DNA from: a virus
Lineage: Duplodnaviria > Heunggongvirae > Uroviricota > Caudoviricetes
Virus record (IMG/VR): IMGVR_UViG_3300021400_000055
Location: 12,908-76,907 of that record
Strand: one strand, 5' to 3'
DNA length: 64,000 nt
Shown: in pieces, positions 37,636 through 47,500 of the stretch
How positions within the stretch are numbered: position 1 is the stretch's first letter
Layout: each line of letters opens with the position of its first letter
Notes under the pieces: model-generated
Database searches by the model: none
The model's input: only the letters and a program-made list of their open reading frames with translations
What the model was told of the DNA's origin: nothing
Translations under genes and position numbers: made by a program

Positions 37636-37838
37636 TTTTTGATTAAATTAATTATAAAATTTACATAATTAAGATTTACACTTCAGTAAAATAGCCCAAA
37701 AAGAAGAAATAGCCGTATAAGCGTTTACAATGCTCATACAGCTATTTTATGTCTTAAACAACAAGTTATATTCTTAAAATATCAAAATCCGTCTATGGGC
37801 ATTTTGTGCGGTCAATTTTGTTGTCTATTTTATATTTT

Positions 37839-38096
37839 TTAATAATTTTGAGATAAAATATCATAAATGTCAATTTCTGTGTTTAATGATTGAGTTCTGA
37901 ATACATATATAGGATTATCTTGTGCATCTCTAGTAAAGGAAGTACATACTGCAATTGTACCATCATTATCAAAAACTATAAATCCTACATCAATGAATCC
38001 TGATACAATTGTTATAGTAGATACATCAGTCACAGTGATAGTATTACCTATTGTTCTAGGTAAAGTTGTACTAATTGTACCAATATTATTAATCAT
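37839..38096 (-). CDS. small protein paralogous to C-terminus of the tail fibre
   Basis: ITVTDVSTITIVSGFIDVGFIVFDNDGTIAVCTS resembles fibre C-terminal ITVISGEIDTGFIITDVNGHIYVVTAV. Confidence 0.4.
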   Translation of the reverse strand: MINNIGTISTTLPRTIGNTITVTDVSTITIVSGFIDVGFIVFDNDGTIAVCTSFTRDAQDNPIYVFRTQSLNTEIDIYDILSQNY

Positions 38097-41000
38097 AAAT
38101 ATTACCTCCTCGAACTATTTTTGTCATTCTATAAATTGTACTTGTATTATTCTCAACAGCTGTTACTACATATATGTGACCATTAACATCTGTTATTATG
38201 AAACCTGTGTCAATTTCTCCTGATATTACTGTTATATTATTATTTGAAATTGTGTTTACTGATTTCAAATCGGTCAATACATATCCTATTCCGTTTCTAT
38301 TTGAATCAGTTGAATACACAGCCGTTATGTTTGTTGCTCCAGTTGTAGTAGTTAAAGTAGTAGTTGGGTCGTATATACTTCCTAGCCTACTTATGTCTCC
38401 ACTCCAATACTGGAATCGCATACCAGTTGTAGGTGTGTCTGCTGTAATAGTTAGTTGTGTACCAGTTTCAAAATATCCTTGAGATAATCCTGTCAAATCA
38501 ATAACTCCTCCTGTCAAAGCTGTTTTATATAATGTTCGATAAGTAGCTTCTAATTCAATAGCTTTACTTGGCATTTTTATATATTGAGGAGAAGATTCTG
38601 TACCAGGTGTTAGTACATTAAACATACCACCATCATATAATTCAATTTGTGTTATGTCAGTTCCATTTTTACCTATCCATCTAGTGAATGTGTAATGTGT
38701 ATCATTAGTGTCTGTCATACTGAAGTAAACATCAGCCCTTTGTTCTCCATAATAATCAGCCTGTGTTTGTCCACCAGTTAAACCTCCAGTTAATTTCAAA
38801 GTGTATGTTTGCTTCAAAGGAGCATTGACTTCTATATCTACGTCATAATTAGGCACAGTTAAAGTTGTTTGGCTCAAACGTAAATATTCGATTATAGCTC
38901 TCGCGTCATCAGTTGTATCATGATTGTAAGCAAGCCAATCACTGAAGTATCGTTCATTTGGTATACCAGTTGCTCTTATTTTAACGACAGTACCTTCTGG
39001 ATAAGTCCATCTTGAAACCCAATTTTCAGTGACAGTTACCTCACCAGTTTGTGGATCTTCGTACTCTGTTTCATAACAACATTGTCCGTATAGATTTGTC
39101 ATAGCAACATCAAATCCTGGTATATATCCTTCTGGTACGTATGTTTCTGTTATTGTGATATTTTGTGCAGGCATATGTACGTATGTTTCTTCGTTATATA
39201 TACCACCAGCTATATAAGCTGTAGCTCCTGTCCATTTATAAAATTCCATACCTGTATCAGGACTACTTGCTGTGACTGTTACATCAGTTCCAGCAGGATA
39301 CTCATCTTGTTCAGTTGACCCATCCTTTCTTTCTATCGTAAGTGTATATTTTGCTTCTGTATCAGGAATGATATAAGTTGCTTTTAGTGTAACATTTCTT
39401 GCTAAATCTCTTAATCGAGTTTGTTCTGATAATGGTTCATACACATCATTAGCATTTGTTTGAAGTACATTATCTACATATACTTCCCATTGTAAAAATT
39501 GATGTCCAGTTGGAGCAGGTTTCATTTTGATAGCATTAGTTGCGTTTCTAAGTAATGTGGCACTTTCCACCCAATCACTACCATCCCATATATAACCATT
39601 TTGCATTGTTACAGTAAATTGTGGTATAGGAGTATATACAGCTTGTATGGTACTATCTTGTGAATGAGCATACACTTTTGTACTTGAAGCGTATTGATTA
39701 GACAATGTTGCGTCACCTGATACAACCTCCCAGTGATTAAATTCATATGTACTTGGTGCTGATCCCGAATTAATATCTCGATATTGACCTTCCGCTATAT
39801 TATAAGTATTTGTACCACTATTAGTTATCACCGTAATCGTTCTCATATTATAATTAGCAGTAACCGTACCATCTTTTCTACCTAATTTAACAGTAGTTGT
39901 GCTACTCATATAATTTGATATACTATATAAATCTGAATAGGTCCAATGTGAGAAATCACCTGTGTCCGCTGTAATAGTTACAGATTGTCTTTCTTTGTAG
40001 TCTCCTGAACCAGAACCATTATTTACAGTTAAATGATAAGTTTCTTTTTGTCTATATTCTACTGTAATTGTAGTATTAGCTGATACATAGAATCCATAAT
40101 CAGTTGAAGTACTGATTTGGCTACCATCTTTCAACCATCTTGCAAATAAATAATCTCCTACTTCTTCATTAGTAGTCGAACTCCAATAATTACCAGATAG
40201 CACTTGCGATGTAGTAGTCTGTCCACTATTATTTCTGTTCACTAATGTAACAGTATATGTATCATAAAAATCATATCGAGCTTCTATAGTTCTGTCACTT
40301 GCTCCCATTGTGATATCTAATTGCGTAGAAGTACTGATTCTAGTACCATTTTCATACCATCCATCAAATCGATAACTACCTACAACAGAGTTTGTAATTA
40401 ATCTTTGTTTACGTCCTTGTACAATATTGTATGTAGACGTAGTTCCTCCATTATTTATATTTGTAACAGTTAATGTTTTTATTGGCGCATAATGTGCTGT
40501 AATTATAGCATTACCATCACCAACTGTGAATGTATTAGTTTGATTTCCTAATGCATCGGTACTCACACTACCCTGACCTTCAATTGTCCAATTATATATA
40601 CCTTGTGTAGCATCTGGTGGAGTAGGTACTAATGTATAAGAAGTAGTTTGTCTTAATCCATTAGCTTGTGATACATCTGTGTTATCTACTCTGATCAAAC
40701 CATCAATTACTTGTACACTATTGTATGAATATACATAATTAAAATGAGCAGTAAATGATATATTCACATCTCCCATACGAAATGATTGAAATGCACTATA
40801 AATATCACTCAGATAACTAGTATTACCACTCCAATGTGAAAATTCATAATGTGTTGGTACACTAGCTGATATCGAAACATAATCATTATAATTGTACCAA
40901 CCTCCACCAGTACCATTTGTAACTGTTACACTGTGTTGTCCAGCATTTATATAATGAGGAGATAATGTTACATCACAATCTGGCATAGTAAGAATCGCAG

Positions 41001-41916
41001 TAGATGGGTCTCCTGAGTAAGTGGCTCCTACTAAATTATCTAATCCTTCTTGTGTGCCAGTCCATTCATAAAATGCTTTACCTGTTGAAGCTACATTTGC
41101 TATAATCATTATTTGGTCTCCTGCAAAATAAGGATGTGTAGTTGGTCCACTTTCTGCGGTAGGGTCGCTATTTATAGATATATAACCATTTACTAATGTC
41201 AATGTTCTTGGTATATGTGTTTCAAAATTAGCAGTAAAAGCTACGTCTCTATATGGCATTGTGAAATAGGTTTCTTGTGCTTGATAATTAGTCAATAAAC
41301 CAAGGTCTTCTGCTTGTCCGCTCCAATATGTAAATGTTTGATATTGTGCACTTTCTCCATATTCAATACCACGAATTGTCACTATTTCGTCTTCTGCTAC
41401 CAAAGCGGTAGTATTGTTGATTACTTCTACTGTACCGTCATCTCTTCTAACGGTTTTAATTATACCATTTGTGATAGTCACATTCCAATATTCTAATGGA
41501 AGTTTAGGTTGATTATGCATTAAATATAAAGCATATTCTATTTGGTTTGCCAGTACATAGTTGATTTGTGTAGCTGTATAAATTGTGGGTAATTCAGATG
41601 CGATGGCTGGATTTCTACGAGATTCATCTATTAATACCCTGACATTATTTATTATTCTATCGATTTCTGATTTAGTCGGTATTTTATCTCCTGTCCAATA
41701 ATCATCTTCCCTAACATTTATACTTGGTGGAGTATGAACAATCTTCTTCTCCACCATCCATTCAGCACAATACGCTGTGTTTTTCTCTATTCTATTTAAG
41801 TCGATTGCGTTCCAGCAACCTTTTGGGTTTTCCAGATAGGGGTTATTTTGCACAGCTTGTACATTACCATAAGTTCTATCAAAAATAGGGTCAATCCACG
41901 TTCTAATCAAGTGCAA
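38089..41916 (-). CDS. tail fibre / receptor-binding protein with about 10 Listeria-Bacteroides (Flg_new-like) repeats
   Basis: 1275 aa; repeated aromatic-x-(W/Y)-W/S-G motifs: FYEWTGTQEG, FSHWSGNTSY, FDGWYENGT, FARWLKDGS, FNHWEVVSG, FLQWEVYVD, FYKWTGATAY, FSDWLAYNH, FTRWIGKNG, FQYWSGDIS, each about 70-90 aa apart. Confidence 0.55.
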   Translation of the reverse strand: MHLIRTWIDPIFDRTYGNVQAVQNNPYLENPKGCWNAIDLNRIEKNTAYCAEWMVEKKIVHTPPSINVREDDYWTGDKIPTKSEIDRIINNVRVLIDESRRNPAIASELPTIYTATQINYVLANQIEYALYLMHNQPKLPLEYWNVTITNGIIKTVRRDDGTVEVINNTTALVAEDEIVTIRGIEYGESAQYQTFTYWSGQAEDLGLLTNYQAQETYFTMPYRDVAFTANFETHIPRTLTLVNGYISINSDPTAESGPTTHPYFAGDQIMIIANVASTGKAFYEWTGTQEGLDNLVGATYSGDPSTAILTMPDCDVTLSPHYINAGQHSVTVTNGTGGGWYNYNDYVSISASVPTHYEFSHWSGNTSYLSDIYSAFQSFRMGDVNISFTAHFNYVYSYNSVQVIDGLIRVDNTDVSQANGLRQTTSYTLVPTPPDATQGIYNWTIEGQGSVSTDALGNQTNTFTVGDGNAIITAHYAPIKTLTVTNINNGGTTSTYNIVQGRKQRLITNSVVGSYRFDGWYENGTRISTSTQLDITMGASDRTIEARYDFYDTYTVTLVNRNNSGQTTTSQVLSGNYWSSTTNEEVGDYLFARWLKDGSQISTSTDYGFYVSANTTITVEYRQKETYHLTVNNGSGSGDYKERQSVTITADTGDFSHWTYSDLYSISNYMSSTTTVKLGRKDGTVTANYNMRTITVITNSGTNTYNIAEGQYRDINSGSAPSTYEFNHWEVVSGDATLSNQYASSTKVYAHSQDSTIQAVYTPIPQFTVTMQNGYIWDGSDWVESATLLRNATNAIKMKPAPTGHQFLQWEVYVDNVLQTNANDVYEPLSEQTRLRDLARNVTLKATYIIPDTEAKYTLTIERKDGSTEQDEYPAGTDVTVTASSPDTGMEFYKWTGATAYIAGGIYNEETYVHMPAQNITITETYVPEGYIPGFDVAMTNLYGQCCYETEYEDPQTGEVTVTENWVSRWTYPEGTVVKIRATGIPNERYFSDWLAYNHDTTDDARAIIEYLRLSQTTLTVPNYDVDIEVNAPLKQTYTLKLTGGLTGGQTQADYYGEQRADVYFSMTDTNDTHYTFTRWIGKNGTDITQIELYDGGMFNVLTPGTESSPQYIKMPSKAIELEATYRTLYKTALTGGVIDLTGLSQGYFETGTQLTITADTPTTGMRFQYWSGDISRLGSIYDPTTTLTTTTGATNITAVYSTDSNRNGIGYVLTDLKSVNTISNNNITVISGEIDTGFIITDVNGHIYVVTAVENNTSTIYRMTKIVRGGNIYD

Positions 41917-43993
41917 TCACCTCCATTTCTCCACTCCAAGTACCATCAAATGTCCAATGATTTTGAAGTATATATACAGGCATTCTACCTGTGAATTGTG
42001 TTTGAATCACACCATAATCACCAGCATTTACCAATGGTTCTCCACGAGAAGAAAATGTATATTTGAATTTTCTTTTATACCATTCTAAATATTTTCTTTT
42101 AATCTGTTCACTTTGTGACACTGCTCCATTTGTATCATAAGTTGAAACATCTGACTCCATTATTTGAGTATCTAATATTAAACTATCACTAGTAACATTT
42201 CGTTCTTGTATTTGTTTTGTTCTAATGGGGTAACCTAATACTTCAACTTTTGCTTCTGTACCAGCCACATAACCACCAAGATTAATTAATCCACGTTTAC
42301 TATATAATTCTGTATAAACAATTGTAGCCCCTGAAGTATCATCATTTGCCATTCTACACCCAACAGGTAAACAATCACTATAAGTCGTTTCTGTACTCAT
42401 AGTTGTACAATTAATCGTTGATATAACTGTTAGATTTGAATAAACAGAACCATCTACTACAGCAGTTTCTTCACCAGAATAATCTAAATAAGAATAATAT
42501 TTCGGTAAGGATATATCTGTTAACTCCTTTATACTCTCCAATTGTTCTGCAGCAGGAATACTTTCAAAATCTTGATAATTCCAATCATAGTTATTTGTAA
42601 AAGTTGTATTATCTAATATATTCAAATTTGCAAATTTTATATGTCCATTATCTTTTATCAATAATGTAGCCCCTACTGTAAAAGCTAATAATTGAATGAT
42701 TTGTTTACAAGAAACTTCTGGCATAGACGTATTTACTTTATATTCATTATAAGATGTGTCAGTCCATTGTTCATATGGTAATAAAGTAGTTCCATCATAC
42801 GTAGGTTTTGGTATATTATCACTTGACCATTCAATAGAATTCAAGTCTAATCCTTCAAACGTTAATACGTTTTCTGCTATTTCTTGTACAGTTCTTTCTG
42901 CTCCTGTATAAATATCTTCTGTATAATTATCTTCCATTATATCTAGTAATGAACCAGCTGTAAAAGTAGCACTTTCATCTGCATTTGCTGATACATCCAT
43001 GAGTCTTAATTCTTTCCAATTATCCCATTCTATTTCAACACCATCTTGGGTAGCATCTATCATAGGATGATTATTATCCATTAATACATGTCCATTTTCA
43101 TCATATTGATATCCACATACATTATAACCATTTCTAAATCTAACTCTCGTTTGATTATTTAATTTGATATAACCATTGTCTGGATTATCCACATTATAAA
43201 TACTATTATAATTATTTACATCAAACTTGAATATTCTCGAAGGAAGTGTGTCTGATACATAACTAGTTTTGTCTGTGTAATCTATATTCAATACTTGCTC
43301 TTGATTTAGCACGATTGTTTTACCAAACAAAATTGAGCTGACTCTTATACGTCTGTGCCTAAATCGAGTGTTACCATATTCAATTGTTATGTGGTCTACT
43401 CCTGTTTTATTCACTTCAAAATTTACAGATGGTAAACTATCTAATAATACAGTTCTATATATAGGTTGATCGTCTTCGTTTACCTCTCCTGTTGGTTCTT
43501 GCCACTCTATATTTTGAGTCATAGTTCCTAGTAGATTATCACTATCATCATAACAATATATTTTTATATCTTTTGGATATCCAGAAGGCACCGCTGAATT
43601 CAATATAACTGAAAAATTCTCTATATCAGATGGATGTGTTAATTGAATAGTCATGGTTGGTTTTGTAGAGAATTCACCATTATCATCTGATATACTGTTT
43701 GAAATATACCCATCCACATTGTTCCCTTGATATATTATGAATCGACCATTAAGTAACCACAAATTCTCTTCTAATGTAGCAACTGTATTACTAGAATATC
43801 TATCAATATTAGTAAGAGTGGAAGTATCACATATACTCAGTCTATCCGTGGTGTTTATAGTAGACACAGGTATATTTGAATTCGGTGTATACATTATAAT
43901 TTCTATATAACCTTCTTTTCTCACTATCGCTTTTAAATGATTTTCAAATTCTTGCCTATCTATATTCCCTAATGCATCACGATAAACAGCCAT
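41903..43993 (-). CDS. tail/baseplate protein (Tal-like by position)
   Basis: 696 aa ORF between distal-tail-like gene and fibre. Confidence 0.4.
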   Translation of the reverse strand: MAVYRDALGNIDRQEFENHLKAIVRKEGYIEIIMYTPNSNIPVSTINTTDRLSICDTSTLTNIDRYSSNTVATLEENLWLLNGRFIIYQGNNVDGYISNSISDDNGEFSTKPTMTIQLTHPSDIENFSVILNSAVPSGYPKDIKIYCYDDSDNLLGTMTQNIEWQEPTGEVNEDDQPIYRTVLLDSLPSVNFEVNKTGVDHITIEYGNTRFRHRRIRVSSILFGKTIVLNQEQVLNIDYTDKTSYVSDTLPSRIFKFDVNNYNSIYNVDNPDNGYIKLNNQTRVRFRNGYNVCGYQYDENGHVLMDNNHPMIDATQDGVEIEWDNWKELRLMDVSANADESATFTAGSLLDIMEDNYTEDIYTGAERTVQEIAENVLTFEGLDLNSIEWSSDNIPKPTYDGTTLLPYEQWTDTSYNEYKVNTSMPEVSCKQIIQLLAFTVGATLLIKDNGHIKFANLNILDNTTFTNNYDWNYQDFESIPAAEQLESIKELTDISLPKYYSYLDYSGEETAVVDGSVYSNLTVISTINCTTMSTETTYSDCLPVGCRMANDDTSGATIVYTELYSKRGLINLGGYVAGTEAKVEVLGYPIRTKQIQERNVTSDSLILDTQIMESDVSTYDTNGAVSQSEQIKRKYLEWYKRKFKYTFSSRGEPLVNAGDYGVIQTQFTGRMPVYILQNHWTFDGTWSGEMEVIALD

Positions 43994-44526
43994 AAATTAT
44001 CTCCTTTCTCGATTAATAACCGCATGTCGATAAGATTACATTTGACATCTTTATACCAAATAGGTCTTTTAAAATATATTGGTCGCCCAAGTGAATCCGT
44101 TTGTCCTTCTAAACGAACTGTTTCCCATTCACAAGGGGTGGCACTAAAGTCACCCCAATAATATTTTCTAGTTATATATGAGTCTGCTTCATCATCCCAA
44201 TAACTTATATCACAATAAAATTTTTTAATTTCTTGCTTTAATTCAGTTAAATTAACTCTGGACATATAAGGCCAATAAAGATTATCAAATTTGTTCAATC
44301 TTCTATTTACAACTTGTGCTACAACTTTTCCTTCCGCATTTCTTGTTGATTTAACTAATTGTTCAGATAATTCATTGTAACCAATTGCAGGATTATTTAC
44401 TGTATTATAATGATAATTGTTATAATATTCATCTAAATAATTCCCTTCTGGGTCTCTGAATCTAAATTCCTTGCCATTAATACGAATCAATGGTGCAAAT
44501 GCATTTGTTTTTGGACACAAACCCAT
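43969..44526 (-). CDS. distal tail protein (by position)
   Basis: 185 aa ORF immediately after tape measure gene. Confidence 0.35.
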   Translation of the reverse strand: MGLCPKTNAFAPLIRINGKEFRFRDPEGNYLDEYYNNYHYNTVNNPAIGYNELSEQLVKSTRNAEGKVVAQVVNRRLNKFDNLYWPYMSRVNLTELKQEIKKFYCDISYWDDEADSYITRKYYWGDFSATPCEWETVRLEGQTDSLGRPIYFKRPIWYKDVKCNLIDMRLLIEKGDNLWLFIVMH

Positions 44527-44550
44527 AATAATCTACCTCCTATCTCCTAA

Positions 44551-47500
44551 TCATCTTGCATAAACCTTGTTGTTTAATATATTATTACTTAATTTCTTAT
44601 TAGCTTTTTCTACTGTAGCAACTAAGTCGCTTCCTTTTTGTACAAATTGACCTTTGATATTTATACCTTGATTTACTTGGTTACCAATTTGTGCTACTTG
44701 TTGATTTAATTGATTTATAGCTTCTTCTAAACCAGCATTATTATTTGTTTGATATGGTGTATTATATTTTTTAGGTATAACAGCTTCTCCTCGATGTAAG
44801 TATGCTAGTCCATCATTTGGTACATAATTTGTACCAGTCGCATAACCTTGTATTTTTAATTTAGATGCTTTTTCATAACCATTGTAAGTCCACGTATTAG
44901 AATGACCAAACGTGAAAATTTCTTTGAGGGTGTCTCCTACACCTTGCCAGAAACTTTGATGTTGTTGTACTATTTTATCTATTTCTGACATTTCTTGTTT
45001 GAATTTTGTTTGTGTGTCGGTTCCTACCCCTTCAAGAAGAGCTTTTTTAACATCACTACTTGATTCTTGCCATATTTTTGATAATTCGCCTAATTCTTTA
45101 TCAGTTACAGCCTTGTATTCTACCATTTTAGCACGTTGTTCGTCTGTCAAATTCTGAAGTAAATTCTTTCTTTCTTCGTCTCCACCTTGTTTGTATAACT
45201 GAATACGTTTTTTAGTAGCTTCTTCTGTCGAATAAACTCCTTGTTCTTCGGCTACTTCTATTCTTGCGGCGGCCACTTCAAAATTTTTAGCTTCTATATC
45301 TTGTGCTATAGCTAACTCTGTTTGAGCTTTTAGTAATTTCTTTTGTGCTTCTTCCAGCTTAGCACTCACTTTTGTAACATGCTCTTGTTTTTGTGCTAAA
45401 TCAGTCAAACTACTAGACAATCCTATTTCTGCTCCAGATAACATACCAGTAGTAAATGTACCATCTTGAGTAGCTTTAACTAATTCATCCATACGAGTTT
45501 TACTGATACCTAATTTTTCCCCTTGGTCATATACAGATTGAGTAGTATAATCTAATGATTGTTTTAATAATTGTAGTTGTTCATCGAATATACTAACTTG
45601 TGTTTGTGCACCTTGTACACGACCTTCATATTGTTCTACTTTTAGCATTTCGTTATTCATGTTTCTAGCCGCAATTTCTGCTTGTTCAAATGCTGGAGCC
45701 AATGAAGTTGCTAATAATCCAGCTATACCTCCAATTGCAGCTCCAATCGCAGCACCTAATGGTCCACCTATAGCACCTATACCAGCACCAAGTGCCAATC
45801 CAGATAATGCTCCTCCACCAGCAGCAATTGCAGTTGTTCCTAAAATAGTTCCTAGATTACTTTTTTTATCTTTCTCATTACCACCGTATTCCATTAAACC
45901 TGTGTTATAAGCAGTATTATTTTTAACTTTATCAGTTCCTTTTTTAATGGCAATACCAGCTATTGCAACTCCTACTACCGTTAATAAACTTTGAGCAAAT
46001 AAAGCTCCTAAAGTTTCACCCCAAGCACCAAATGCTGTAATCGCTTCATGTCCGACAAATATACTTTTCAAAGTAGTTAATAATCCGCCACTACCAGTAA
46101 AAATATCAGTAATACCTTCAATTATACCTTTACCAAAAGCTGTTGCCCCAAGTGCTTTTAATATCCAACCACCGACTTTTGAAAATACTCCTTTGATGGC
46201 AGTACCAGTAAAGTTTCCAAACAAAGCTTTCCATAAAAGTTTTCCTGCTATTTTCAATAATTGCCAACCTAAAAAGATTGTTAATAAATTTTTCAATAAA
46301 TCTTTCCAGTGCTCTGTAATCCATTTACCAATTGCGGTTTGTTTAAACCAATTCCAAATAGTTGTTGCAATAGCTTTTAGTCCATCTAGTAATATTGTAA
46401 AAATACGTTTCATTGCTTCGCCAAATCCTAAATCACCTTTGATTAATCCAGCGAACAAGTCTCCTATATCTTCTGCTAATTTCCTCCATTGTTCAGATAG
46501 TTGTGGTTTATAAATATCACCCAATAAATCCATTGCACCACTATTATCTGTACCTATATCGTGTAGTTCATCAAAACCAGCTGTTACATTCGCCGCCGCT
46601 TCTAACTCTTCTTTTGTTTTTTCAGCATCTGCAGCAACTTGATCAAATAAACTTACAGGCATTTTTCCAAATGCTTCTTGTATTTTCATTGATATGATAT
46701 CAACAAAACCAATTATATTAACTAATTTTTGAGACACCCAATCCATAAATGGTCTAAGAATAGTTCTCAAGTTATATTTGATGACATTCATAGTTCTTTG
46801 CCATTTAGTGTTATAACCCATAAAATCTTGAAAAGCTTTCTTTATTTGTGTAATTGGATTTAGTTGTAATAAGAAGTTTTTGAATATTTGTGCAGTATGT
46901 CTTGTCATTAATCTATATGTATAATTCAACACTTCTGATAATCTTGTTTGGTTTTTTAGAGCTTTACCAGTTTTATCTAAACCAGCATTTAAGTTCGCAA
47001 GAATATGATTATTTTGTCTTAATACAGGTGAAGTAAATCCTAATTGCTTTATTATTCCTCCAAGTCTTCCGTGTGTTCTACCAACAACTTGGTCTACCAT
47101 TCCAGCATCTGCTAGAATAGATGCCAACACTTGCTTTGATTCCTCTAATTGTAATACTAAGGTTTTAGCCTCTGTTGTAGAACCTTCTAGTATTTCTCCA
47201 TTTGCTCCTAATTTTAAATCTCCACTAGCTCTCATTCCACTCAAAGTAGATTCTTTGCTTTGTATATCTTGTAATATATCGTTTGCAGCTTTACGTATAT
47301 TCGCCATTATTTGATTTACACCTTCAGCTCTCGCTCTACTTTTTTCAAGAGATGGTGTAAATGCAAACGATAATCCACCAGTCATAGCACCTAATATATT
47401 ACTTTTAAATCCTCCAGTTTGAGCCTTAAACATTTCTTTTCCAGATAATGCTTTAGCTAGTCTATCGGTGATATCAGTTGTATCAACCTTCACACCTTTC

